57,315 nt of DNA, taken from IMG/VR virus record IMGVR_UViG_3300020175_000009, positions 1 through 57,315 of that record; one strand, written 5' to 3'. The notes beneath the pieces are model-generated. The model had not been told where the DNA came from and did not search any database. It was given only the letters and a program-made list of their open reading frames with translations. Made by a program: the position numbers and the translations under genes. Below are positions 37,304-47,022 of this stretch, piece after piece (the first letter of the stretch is position 1; each line of letters begins with the position of its first letter). The DNA comes from a virus (Duplodnaviria > Caudoviricetes).

Positions 37304-37333
37304 AAAACAGGCTCTTCGGAGCCTGTTTTTTTT
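37304..37333 (+). terminator. Rho-independent terminator after gp23
   Basis: AAAACAGGCTC-TTCG-GAGCCTGTTTT followed by a T run. Confidence 0.93.
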
Positions 37334-37359
37334 GTATTCATTATCAATGTATATAAAAG

Positions 37360-37367
37360 GATAAATA
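37360..37367 (+). promoter_or_regulatory. Late promoter (GATAAATA)
   Basis: Directly after the gp23 terminator, upstream of the next operon. Confidence 0.65.
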
Positions 37368-37410
37368 GAAGTACAGTAAGAAAAAAAACCTAGCATTGGA
37401 GGAAAAGATT

Positions 37411-38088
37411 ATGGCAACTATTGTAAAGCCAGACAACGAAGAATATAAAGTTGTAGGTAACATGACGGTTACTGGAAATCTTTCAGGCCTTGGGAATTTT
37501 AATTTAACCGAAACATTAAATATTTTATCAACAAGTAATATTGATCTTTCAGCACCAGTGAATGGTGACGGCGCATTAAATGTGTCCGGTGGCGCATATA
37601 TTGAAAATGATTTGTATATCGGTGGCACATTGGCAGTAAATGGCGATGTCATTACACTAGGAAATACCGCTGGATCAATTACATTTAATGGGGGCCTTAG
37701 TAGTAATGTTGTGCCCTCAATTGATTCTCAATACAATTTGGGATCAGATGAAAAAAAATGGAAAAATATTTATACAAGTAACATTTTACTATCTTCAGGT
37801 GATAATAATACGGTAACTGGAATTGTAGATACATCTACGTCAGTCTCTTATGTAGATATTACATCGCCGGCAGTAAACACATTGCCAGATCTTGACGTTG
37901 ATCAGTTCGGAAAAATTAAAATTATTGTAGCATCAAATTTGTCATCACCAGTTCAAATAACTCCAACTACTGCGTTGGGGTTCACTAGTTTTATATTGAC
38001 AAACACAGGAGACAGTGTTACGCTAATGTTTATTAATGCAGCCTTAGGATGGGCAATTGTTAATAATTTTAGGGCTAGTGTTATTTAA
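37411..38088 (+). CDS. Virion structural protein (fibre/decoration-like)
   Basis: GALNVSGGAYI...LYIGG and YNLGSDEKKWKNIY fibre motifs; GGAGG SD before ATG 37411. Confidence 0.65.
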   Translation: MATIVKPDNEEYKVVGNMTVTGNLSGLGNFNLTETLNILSTSNIDLSAPVNGDGALNVSGGAYIENDLYIGGTLAVNGDVITLGNTAGSITFNGGLSSNVVPSIDSQYNLGSDEKKWKNIYTSNILLSSGDNNTVTGIVDTSTSVSYVDITSPAVNTLPDLDVDQFGKIKIIVASNLSSPVQITPTTALGFTSFILTNTGDSVTLMFINAALGWAIVNNFRASVI

Positions 38089-38117
38089 TTTTTTCTGGGA
38101 TTATTGGAGGGAAAGTC

Positions 38118-39053
38118 GTGGCAATTAATTTAAACCACTCTAAAAACAAAATTGTATCGACTGAACAGGACTTAGTTCTAGACAGTGAAAATGCTAACAT
38201 TGCAGTTAGTGATAAACGCATTGTAAAGGTACAAGATCCAGTTGACGGTCAAGACGCAGTTAATAAAAGATATCTTGAAAATCAAGTTTTATCGGAAATA
38301 AGTAACAGTACATTTTTATTTACAAACCCCGCTCCAATGCCAGAAGAAGTTGGCGGATATGAGCCCGGATCTACATTTGACGATGCAACACTAGAACAAT
38401 TATTTCAAAACCTTCTTTATCCATATCAATACCCAGCTGTTACATCATTTTCTATTTCTGGACAAGGTACAACATTAGAGGTTGGGGATAGTGTTCCTGG
38501 AGGATTAACTACATTTGATTGGAATCTGTCAAATGATGTAAATGTCAACACGGACAGTATTTCAATTGAGGATTCAACATCCGAAACCGTATACGCTGTG
38601 GCACTTGCTAACGATAACACTGAATCAATTGATATTGGACCTGCTATTATCAAAACATCTGCCAGTTCTAACACCTGGAAATTAAGTGCCCAAAACACTC
38701 GTGGACAGTCAATATCAAGAACATTCAATGTATATTGGAAATGGAGAACATATTACGGAACTAGTGCAAATACATCTTTAACTGCGGACCAAGTTAAGTC
38801 ATTGCCGTCGAATTCATTGGATTCTAACTTTTCTGGAACTAAAACAGTACCTGCAAATGATTATAAATACTTCGCATACCCGACTAGTTTTGGTTTAAAA
38901 ATTAATTTTCAAGATGCAATTAATGGATTTGCGGTAGCAATGGAACCAGCATCAATATTAAGTATTACTAATGAGTTTGGTATTAGCACTGATTACTACG
39001 TTCACCGAACAACCAACCCAATTGTTGGTTCATTAACGGTGAAGATCGGATAA
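38118..39053 (+). CDS. Virion structural protein
   Basis: VQDPVDGQDAVNKRYL fibre motif, Ig-like beta-rich body, C-terminal YKYFAYP; GTG start with GGAGG SD. Confidence 0.65.
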   Translation: MAINLNHSKNKIVSTEQDLVLDSENANIAVSDKRIVKVQDPVDGQDAVNKRYLENQVLSEISNSTFLFTNPAPMPEEVGGYEPGSTFDDATLEQLFQNLLYPYQYPAVTSFSISGQGTTLEVGDSVPGGLTTFDWNLSNDVNVNTDSISIEDSTSETVYAVALANDNTESIDIGPAIIKTSASSNTWKLSAQNTRGQSISRTFNVYWKWRTYYGTSANTSLTADQVKSLPSNSLDSNFSGTKTVPANDYKYFAYPTSFGLKINFQDAINGFAVAMEPASILSITNEFGISTDYYVHRTTNPIVGSLTVKIG

Positions 39054-39065
39054 GGAAGATAAAAT

Positions 39066-39788
39066 ATGGCTCTAATAACAGGCGCAGTAAATGTAACAGG
39101 AACTATATCACCAACCGATACAGCGGATATATATGCAACACACAATAGCATATACGGCAAAGGCGGATATCGAGAAGTTGCTGACTTATTAGAGAGAAAT
39201 TCAATTACATTGGCACGTCGATCAGACGGTATGCTAGTGTATGTACAATCAGATAATAAATTATATAAATTAGAAAACGGAATCGAGAACTCAAATTGGA
39301 TTGAATTTAATTTAGATTCAGAATCAATTAATTACGACCCTTCAAATAGTACTCTTTCGTCCACTAATGTGCAGGATGCAATAGATGAAGTAGCAGAAAA
39401 CGCACACACATTCGCCACTAAACAAGTAACTCATAACGTTACTGGTGGTGCAACAGGCAGTGTTACAGTAGTTCAAGGCGATGATGTTAACATCGATGTA
39501 ACTGTTGAATATGCTGAAAACGATTTTGCAGTAGGACCAACACAAAAAACCGCAGCACAGCATTCTTTTGTTACTGGTAAATACAACGTAGCAAAAGCCA
39601 CTTCTATTATGGAAGTGGGAATTGGGACAGACGGAAATAACAAACAGAACGCTTTTGAAGTATCAGAATCAGGTATAGTTAGTGCACCGTCAGCAGTCAG
39701 TAGTGAGATTACCAATGATGGTGATTTAACCACAAAAAATTACATAGATTACCTAATCATTGATTGCGGTATATATGATGAAGAATAG
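39066..39788 (+). CDS. Virion structural protein (fibre-like)
   Basis: RRSDGMLVYV...YKL, NVQDAIDE, LTTKNYID and IDCGIY motifs seen in phage fibre proteins. Confidence 0.62.
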   Translation: MALITGAVNVTGTISPTDTADIYATHNSIYGKGGYREVADLLERNSITLARRSDGMLVYVQSDNKLYKLENGIENSNWIEFNLDSESINYDPSNSTLSSTNVQDAIDEVAENAHTFATKQVTHNVTGGATGSVTVVQGDDVNIDVTVEYAENDFAVGPTQKTAAQHSFVTGKYNVAKATSIMEVGIGTDGNNKQNAFEVSESGIVSAPSAVSSEITNDGDLTTKNYIDYLIIDCGIYDEE

Positions 39789-39810
39789 TATAAATTTATA
39801 GGAGAGCGAA

Positions 39811-41091
39811 ATGTCGCAAACAATTAAACTAAAACGCGGTTTAGAACAGAGCCGCCCAAGTATTACCCCATTAGCGGGCGAACTAATTTACACAACTGAC
39901 AATCTCGAAGTTTTCTTCGGTGATGGCAGTGCAGCAGGTGGTGCTGAAATTGGATATCTAAACACACGCACTGGTGGTACAGTGAATGGCAAAACAACTG
40001 TTAATTCAACATTAACAATTGCAACCGGCGATGAAAACACAAATGTATTTGAAGTATTAGATTCAGCAGGCGCAGGCCTCTTTGAAGTAACAGAAACTGG
40101 TAATGCAATTATTGGTGGAAAACTAACAGTAAATGGTACTGGACAATCAAGTTTTGCTGGTGATGTTTTAATTGGTGGATCACTATCAGTTAACGGCGAT
40201 GCAACTGTGGCAGTTGATATGCTTGCAGATACACTAACATTGACAGGTAACTTACAAGTAGACGGCAACTCCACACTGGGTAACGAAACAACAGACACCT
40301 TAACTGTTAATGGATTAACTGACTTTAATGGCGTAACAACAGTTAACTCAGCAGTAACATCTGCTGCCGGAGACGCCAATGTTAATGTATTCCAAGTTGT
40401 TGACTCGACAGGTGCAGGCTTATTTGAAGTAAGAGAAACTGGCGATGCGGTTATCGGCGGCGTACTTACTGTAAACGGTTCAGGTCAATCATCATTCACT
40501 GGTGACGTATTAGTTGGTGGATCACTAAGTGTTGCAGGTGATGCAACAGTAGCAGTAGACCTTTCGGCAGAAACACTAACACTAACAGGTGATCTAGATG
40601 TACGTGGCAACACAATACTAGGTAACGAACCAACTGACACAGTAACTATCAATGGTGTTACATCAATTAATGGTGACACAAACGTTATTGGTAACTTGAC
40701 AGTAACAGGCACAACTACAACAGTTAACTCAAACGAAGTTAACATTGGCGACGCAATCATCCTACTAAACAGTGATGAAACTGGTGCTCCATCACAAAAC
40801 GGTGGTATTGAAATTCAACGTGGCACATCCGACAATGTTGCTCTTTTCTGGAACGAAGCAGCTGATGCTTGGTACATTACAAAAGATGCTACTGACGAAA
40901 CTGGTCCAGATGCGACAAGTGTACGTATTTTGGATACTGATGATCTTGATGCATTAAATTCACAAATTGGTGAACGCACACTTAACAGCCTATCAGATGT
41001 TACAATTACTGACGTTGCAGTAGACCAGTTTGTGGTCTGGAGTGGCTCAGAATGGGTTAACACTGGTACTGTTGACGGCGGTACTTTCTAA
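39811..41091 (+). CDS. Fibre protein with Mtd-N/hyaluronidase-type N-terminal attachment domain and an internal duplication
   Basis: IKLKRG...LAGELIYTTD...FFGDG; two copies of GD.N.NVF.V.DS.GAGLFEV.ETG...; C-terminal VDGGTF. Confidence 0.7.
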   Translation: MSQTIKLKRGLEQSRPSITPLAGELIYTTDNLEVFFGDGSAAGGAEIGYLNTRTGGTVNGKTTVNSTLTIATGDENTNVFEVLDSAGAGLFEVTETGNAIIGGKLTVNGTGQSSFAGDVLIGGSLSVNGDATVAVDMLADTLTLTGNLQVDGNSTLGNETTDTLTVNGLTDFNGVTTVNSAVTSAAGDANVNVFQVVDSTGAGLFEVRETGDAVIGGVLTVNGSGQSSFTGDVLVGGSLSVAGDATVAVDLSAETLTLTGDLDVRGNTILGNEPTDTVTINGVTSINGDTNVIGNLTVTGTTTTVNSNEVNIGDAIILLNSDETGAPSQNGGIEIQRGTSDNVALFWNEAADAWYITKDATDETGPDATSVRILDTDDLDALNSQIGERTLNSLSDVTITDVAVDQFVVWSGSEWVNTGTVDGGTF

Positions 41092-41109
41092 AATAAAAAT
41101 AGTAAAAAA

Positions 41110-41135
41110 AGTCTGGGAATATATATTCCCAGACT
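41110..41135. repeat. Perfect 26-bp palindrome
   Basis: AGTCTGGGAATAT|ATATTCCCAGACT, preceded by an A run. Confidence 0.85.
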
Positions 41136-41189
41136 ATAAACTATCATAAATTATAATTAAGGACTCTGTACATACAGAGAAGTTAGACA

Positions 41190-41918
41190 ATGGCACAAAA
41201 TATTAGATTAAAACGAACCAACATTTCTGGTAGAACAGGCGAAGATGCAGGATTGCTGTCTGGAGAATTAGCAATGAACACACAGGACGGGCGCCTGTGG
41301 GGGAAAGGTTCAGAACTTTTTGAAATTATTACTGAAACAAAAGTGTTCAGTCCAGCTACTTTAACCAACAAAGTAGTCACTGAAGCCGAACTTGCAGCAT
41401 TAATTAGTAACTATCAACTTAATAATGTTGTAACTCAAGATCAAAATACTCTTCCATCCGCACAGACATTTACTGGTGACGGATCCACAGTAAGCTATAC
41501 ACTATCAAATCAGCCAGCATCTGGAGAAGCAATTGATGTATATGTAAATGATGTATTACAGCGACCAGGAGATGTATATACGTTAACTGGCTCAGAGATT
41601 ACGTTTTCGACAGTGCCAGAAACAAATGACGACATATATGTAAAATATCGTTATCCGTTTGCTACTGTTATTGATAATCCAGAAAATAGTATTGAGAACA
41701 GGCATTTGAATTTGAGCTACACAAGCTCACAGCATAACAACGATGGAAATCAAACTTCATACACTATTGAACCCAATCACACTGTACATGATGTTCTAGT
41801 AATCGTCAATGGACTAATCCAACCACCAGATAATTATACAATTTCTGAAACAACATTGACATTAAATTCAGCCCCAATGGTTGGATCAATAATAGACTTC
41901 AGATATTTGCCTGTTTAG
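41190..41918 (+). CDS. Virion structural protein with two beta-sandwich 'GDG...V.VN..Q.P..YT' modules
   Basis: N-terminal IRLKR...GELAMNTQDGRLW; two repeats of the module. Confidence 0.68.
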   Translation: MAQNIRLKRTNISGRTGEDAGLLSGELAMNTQDGRLWGKGSELFEIITETKVFSPATLTNKVVTEAELAALISNYQLNNVVTQDQNTLPSAQTFTGDGSTVSYTLSNQPASGEAIDVYVNDVLQRPGDVYTLTGSEITFSTVPETNDDIYVKYRYPFATVIDNPENSIENRHLNLSYTSSQHNNDGNQTSYTIEPNHTVHDVLVIVNGLIQPPDNYTISETTLTLNSAPMVGSIIDFRYLPV

Positions 41919-41951
41919 ATAATGTAATCAGTTTATCCTAGTACAATCTAC

Positions 41952-41959
41952 TATAAATA
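41952..41959 (+). promoter_or_regulatory. Late promoter TATAAATA
   Basis: Exact T4 late consensus. Confidence 0.8.
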
Positions 41960-42047
41960 GTTGTGTTAAGAATGTATTAAATACATTCTGACATTTTTGA
42001 TATTAAGATAATATCATTTCAAATATATTTGATTGGAGAAATCTAAA

Positions 42048-45000
42048 ATGGCTTTTAGACAAATTAAAGCACCTGCTCTTGGTACCGGTTCGGTTATCGA
42101 AGGCAAACTGGCTCCGTCAGCAGTTTCAGGCCAAGCTGCTGCGGTATCAGTGTCATCACTAGATACTTTTCTATTTCATAGTGCATCAAACGACGCACTA
42201 TTTAAAGTAACAGCATCAGATCTTATTGGTTCTTATACAACTGATGATCTACAAGAAGGAACTAAAAAATTCTTCAGTGCTGCCCTAGCACAAGCCGCAG
42301 TAGCGCAAGACATTGTAGATGCGGTTGCCGCAGAAGCAACAATTGCTCGTGCAGCTGAATTAGTACTAACTAATGACCTAGCGGCAGAAGTAACACGTGC
42401 AACAACAGCAGAAGGTGTAAACGCAACAGCGATTGCAACTGAAACAACACGTGCAACAGCAGAAGAAGCACGTATCGACACAGCTTTTCAAGCAGCCGAT
42501 ACTGCATTACAAGCACAAATCGACAACATTATTTCAAATGTTGATCCAGCAGCACTGGATTCATTAACTGAAATCGTTGCTGAATTCCAAAACCAAGATA
42601 GTGTGTTATCATCAGCTATCACAGCAAACGCTAATGCTATTTCAGCAGAAGTAACACGTGCAACAACAGCAGAAGGTGTAAACGCAACAGCGATTGCAGA
42701 CGAAACTGTTCGTGCAACAGCAGCAGAAGCAACACTAACAGCAGATCTAACATCAGAAGCAGCTACACGTTTAGCTGACGACAATGCACTAGATGCTCGT
42801 GTAACTGTTAATGAAGGTGACATTGCAACACTACAATCTGATCTTACAGCTGAAATTGCAGCAACAGATGCTGAAGTTAATACACTAACTAGTGATTTAG
42901 CGGCAGAAGTAACACGTGCAACTGGTTCTGAAGCAGCAAACGCTCAAGCAATTGCTGACGAAGCAACTGCTCGTGCAACAGCAGACACAGCACTAGATAC
43001 TGCATACAAAGCAGCTGACGTAGCAACATTAACATCAGCACAAAACTTTGCAACAGCAGCAGATACGGCATTACAAACTGCAATGGAAACATATGCAGAT
43101 ACAGCAGAAGCAGACGCAATTGCAGACGCAGTAGCACAAGCTGAAGCAAAAGACGTTGCTCGTGCAGTAACTTCAGATGCAGCAGACGCAGCACTAGACG
43201 CTCGTGCAACAGTACTAGAAACTGAAATGGACGATGCGGAACTTCGCCTGTCCAATATTGAAGCAACATCAGGTGGCGCATCGCCATTAGATACAGTTGC
43301 TCAAACATTAGCAGGTGGTATTAACGAACTACATACTGACACAAACGCAGTAGAAGCTCGTGTAACAACAGCAGAAGCAGACATTGCAACTAATGCATCA
43401 GACATTGCTAACATTATCAGCAATACTGATCCAGCAGCATTAGACTCGCTAACTGAAATCGTTACAGCATTTGAAACAGCTGATAACGCATTTACAGCAA
43501 CTCTAAATGCAAACGCAACAGACCGTGCAGCAATCCGCAGTGAATTTGCGGCAGCAGATCTAGCAATCCAAACTGCATTAAATTCTGAAATTGCTTTAAC
43601 TGACGGTGAAATTGCAGCACTACAAGCGGCAGACACTAACGAAGTTACTAACCGTGTAGCAGGCGATGCAGCAACACTAGCATCAGCGCAAGCATATGCA
43701 GATACAGCAGAAGCAGACGCAATTGCAACAGCAGCAGCAGACGCAACAACTAAAGCAGATGCAGCACAAGCAGCGGCAGAAGGTTTTGCAACAGCAGCAG
43801 ATACAGTACTAGAAACAGCACTGAAATCATACGCTGATACAGCAGAAGCAGACGCAATTGCAACAGCAGGAACATACACAGATCAAGAAGTTCTTGCAGA
43901 AAAAACTCGTGCAGAAGCAGCAGAATCAGCTATTCAACTTCAAGTAACAGCCAATGCTGGTGAAATTGCAGACAACGCAACTGACATTGCAACTAACGTA
44001 GCAGCAATTTCACAAGAGTCAACAGATCGTGCGGCAGCAGATACTACTCTAACTGCTAACCTAGCAACTGAAGTATCACGTGCAACAGCAGCAGAACTAG
44101 TTCTAACTAATGATCTAGCGGCAGAAGTAACACGTGCAACAGCAGCTGAAACTGCAAACGCAACAGCAATTTCTAATGAAGTAACTCGCTCAACTACTAT
44201 TGATGCAACACATACAGCAAACATTGCAACTAACGTTCAAAATATTGCGACAAATGCAGCAGCAATTACAGCAGAGCAAGGACGTGCAGAAGCAGCAGAA
44301 GCGGCACTTGATACTCGTGTATCAGCACAAGAATCACAAGTTGCTTCTATCCTAAGTAATACAGATGCAGATGCACTAGATTCATTAACTGAAATCGTTG
44401 CAGCGTTCCAAACTGCAGATGGTGATATCAACAATGCAATTACTAACTTGTCAACAACAGCAGCAACAGATCGTGCAGCAATCCGCACAGAATTTGCTCT
44501 AGCAGACTCAGCATTGGACTCACGTCTAACTACTGAAGAAGGCAACGTAGACGCATTAGAAGCAATTGTGGGTTCAGCAACACTAACGACAACATCACAG
44601 ACTGTAACAGCAGCAATTAATGAACTAAATGCAGCAACATCAGCAACAACAGGCGGTCTACAAGACGAAGTTGATGCAATTGAAGCAGCTTTGGGATTAG
44701 CGGCTGATGGTACATTTGTAGCACACAGTGGCTCAAACTATATTGATGCGGCAACAACAGGCAAAGGAGCTCGTGAACTATTAGACGCAGCTATTAAAGC
44801 TGAAGAAGTTCGTGCAACAGCAGCAGAGGGTGTACTAACAACCAACGTTGCAACAAATTTGGCAACAATTGATCGTCATGGGCTTGACATTGCTACCAAT
44901 TCAGCAAATATTGCAACTAATGTTACAGCTATTGCTACTAATGCAGCAGATATTGTTTCAGAAGCTTCAACAGCTCGTGCAGCTGAATTAGTACTAACTA

Positions 45001-46841
45001 ATGATTTAGCAGCAGAAGTAACACGTGCAACAGCGGCAGAAGGCGTAAATGCAACAGCAATTTCAGCAGAAACTGCTCGTGCAACAGCGGCAGAAGGCGT
45101 AAATGCAGCAGCATCAGCGGCTAACCTAGTTGAAATTACAGCAACTCAAGCAGGCGCAGGCCTAGCATTAGATGGTACATATGTTGCTCCAACAACATCT
45201 AACTACCATAATGGTGCAGCAAGCCTAGCATCAGCAGATATGCTATTAGACGCAGCTATTAAAGCTGAAGAAGTTCGTGCAACAGCAGCAGAGGGTGTGC
45301 TAACAGCAGACCTAACAGCAGAAGTAACACGTGCAACAGCAGCAGAGGGTGCAAATGCAACAGCAATTGCAGACGAAACTACTCGTGCAACAGCAGCAGA
45401 AGGTGTAAACGCAACTGCAATCGCAGGCGTAGCAACAGATCTAGCAACTGAAGTAGCTCGTGCAGAAGCAGCTGAATTAGTACTAACTAATGATTTAGCA
45501 GCAGAAGCAGCTAGAATCGACAACATTATTTCAAACACTGACCCAGCGGCGCTGGATTCACTAACTGAAATCGTTGCTCAATTCCAAGCAGACGACGGTG
45601 ATCTACTAGCAGCTATCACATCAAACGACGGTGAAATTGCAGCAAATGCAGCAGCAATTATAGCTGAAGAAACTCGTGCATTAGCGGCAGAAGGTGCGTT
45701 ATCGACAGCACTAGCAGCCGAAGTAGCGGCAAATGATGCAGATCATTCAGCAGCAACTTCAGACCGTGCAGCAATCCGCAGTGAATTTGCGGCAGCAGAT
45801 ACTACACTACAAAACAACATTGATACAAAACTAGCACTTGCTGGTGGTACAATGTCAGGTGACATTGCAATGTCAGGTAGTATGGTAAGCGGTCTAGGTA
45901 CAGCAACACTACCAGGTGACGCAGTATCAAAGGCAGTACTAGATGCAGCACTAGCATCATCAGATATTGGTACTTCAACTACTAATGATCTAGCCGAAGG
46001 CACTGGCCCAGACGCCAACCTTTACTTCACAGATGCACGTGCAAGATCAGCTATTAGTGTAGTTGATACAGCAGGCGCAGGTCTTGTATCATACGACTCA
46101 GCAACTGGTGTTATCAGTGTAGACACAAATGAATCAGTACTAGATCTAACAGATGTAGCTGACTCAGATTACACAGGTAAAGCAAAATATGTGCTAGCTG
46201 TTAACGATGCAGCAGACGGTATGGAACTACGTGATCCACTATCAATCTTCACATCAACAGGTCGTCAGACAATTGATGGTGACGGTGTAGCGACACAATA
46301 TTCACTAACAATTGATGCGACACAATCGCAAGCAATGGTATTTGTGGGTGGTGTTATCCAGGATCCAGCAACACACTATACTATCAATGATAGTGCATCA
46401 ACAATTACATTTACAGCAGCAATCCCAGTGGGTACGCAGGCAGTAGTAATTGCACCAGCAGCTGGTGTTGAGCCAGTATTAATTGATGGTCAAGTTACAA
46501 AAGAGAAACTATCATCAGACATTAAAGCATTCACACAAGGCCTAAGCGTAACAGCTGGCAATGGTGGATCAGTTGTAGATAGTTTTGATGGTACAAAGTA
46601 CCGTTCAGCAAAATACGTTATCCAAGTTGGTGACGGCGCTGGTAACTTTGAAACACGTGAAGCACTAGTAGTACATGATGGTACAACAGCTTATATCACA
46701 GAGTATGCACTTGTTTACACAGGTTCAAACTTAATTGGTGACGCTTCAGTTAACATGAACGGCACAAACGTTGAACTAACATATTCAACATCAACTGGTA
46801 CAGCTGATGTTAAAGTTATCTCAACATACATTGATGTATAA
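42048..46841 (+). CDS. Very long Ala/Thr-rich coiled-coil fibre protein (~1600 aa)
   Basis: Repeats AAEVTRATAAEG and four copies of N.DP/AxALDSLTEIV; C-terminal DSF...YRSAKY.IQ...HDG...EY domain; GGAGA SD before ATG 42048. Confidence 0.82.
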   Translation: MAFRQIKAPALGTGSVIEGKLAPSAVSGQAAAVSVSSLDTFLFHSASNDALFKVTASDLIGSYTTDDLQEGTKKFFSAALAQAAVAQDIVDAVAAEATIARAAELVLTNDLAAEVTRATTAEGVNATAIATETTRATAEEARIDTAFQAADTALQAQIDNIISNVDPAALDSLTEIVAEFQNQDSVLSSAITANANAISAEVTRATTAEGVNATAIADETVRATAAEATLTADLTSEAATRLADDNALDARVTVNEGDIATLQSDLTAEIAATDAEVNTLTSDLAAEVTRATGSEAANAQAIADEATARATADTALDTAYKAADVATLTSAQNFATAADTALQTAMETYADTAEADAIADAVAQAEAKDVARAVTSDAADAALDARATVLETEMDDAELRLSNIEATSGGASPLDTVAQTLAGGINELHTDTNAVEARVTTAEADIATNASDIANIISNTDPAALDSLTEIVTAFETADNAFTATLNANATDRAAIRSEFAAADLAIQTALNSEIALTDGEIAALQAADTNEVTNRVAGDAATLASAQAYADTAEADAIATAAADATTKADAAQAAAEGFATAADTVLETALKSYADTAEADAIATAGTYTDQEVLAEKTRAEAAESAIQLQVTANAGEIADNATDIATNVAAISQESTDRAAADTTLTANLATEVSRATAAELVLTNDLAAEVTRATAAETANATAISNEVTRSTTIDATHTANIATNVQNIATNAAAITAEQGRAEAAEAALDTRVSAQESQVASILSNTDADALDSLTEIVAAFQTADGDINNAITNLSTTAATDRAAIRTEFALADSALDSRLTTEEGNVDALEAIVGSATLTTTSQTVTAAINELNAATSATTGGLQDEVDAIEAALGLAADGTFVAHSGSNYIDAATTGKGARELLDAAIKAEEVRATAAEGVLTTNVATNLATIDRHGLDIATNSANIATNVTAIATNAADIVSEASTARAAELVLTNDLAAEVTRATAAEGVNATAISAETARATAAEGVNAAASAANLVEITATQAGAGLALDGTYVAPTTSNYHNGAASLASADMLLDAAIKAEEVRATAAEGVLTADLTAEVTRATAAEGANATAIADETTRATAAEGVNATAIAGVATDLATEVARAEAAELVLTNDLAAEAARIDNIISNTDPAALDSLTEIVAQFQADDGDLLAAITSNDGEIAANAAAIIAEETRALAAEGALSTALAAEVAANDADHSAATSDRAAIRSEFAAADTTLQNNIDTKLALAGGTMSGDIAMSGSMVSGLGTATLPGDAVSKAVLDAALASSDIGTSTTNDLAEGTGPDANLYFTDARARSAISVVDTAGAGLVSYDSATGVISVDTNESVLDLTDVADSDYTGKAKYVLAVNDAADGMELRDPLSIFTSTGRQTIDGDGVATQYSLTIDATQSQAMVFVGGVIQDPATHYTINDSASTITFTAAIPVGTQAVVIAPAAGVEPVLIDGQVTKEKLSSDIKAFTQGLSVTAGNGGSVVDSFDGTKYRSAKYVIQVGDGAGNFETREALVVHDGTTAYITEYALVYTGSNLIGDASVNMNGTNVELTYSTSTGTADVKVISTYIDV

Positions 46842-46864
46842 GCCTTATTAAATTATAGAGGGGG

Positions 46865-46897
46865 GGGCGCAGAACATTTAGGGTTGCGCCCTTTTTC
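46865..46897 (+). terminator. Rho-independent terminator
   Basis: GGGCGCAG...TTGCGCCC followed by TTTTT; 5' arm is part of a G8 run. Confidence 0.7.
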
Positions 46898-46964
46898 TAT
46901 GGCTAGTAAACAACTATTATAATAAATATTTAGTTTTAAAAGTAGTTAATCTTATCATCATCAA

Positions 46965-46972
46965 GATAAATA
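46965..46972 (+). promoter_or_regulatory. Late promoter (GATAAATA)
   Basis: Upstream of 47023; a second match AATAAATA is at 46921-28. Confidence 0.62.
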
Positions 46973-47022
46973 CTAACGCTACCCGAAGTAGCAACTTTTT
47001 CGCGAAAAAAGGAGTCATATAA

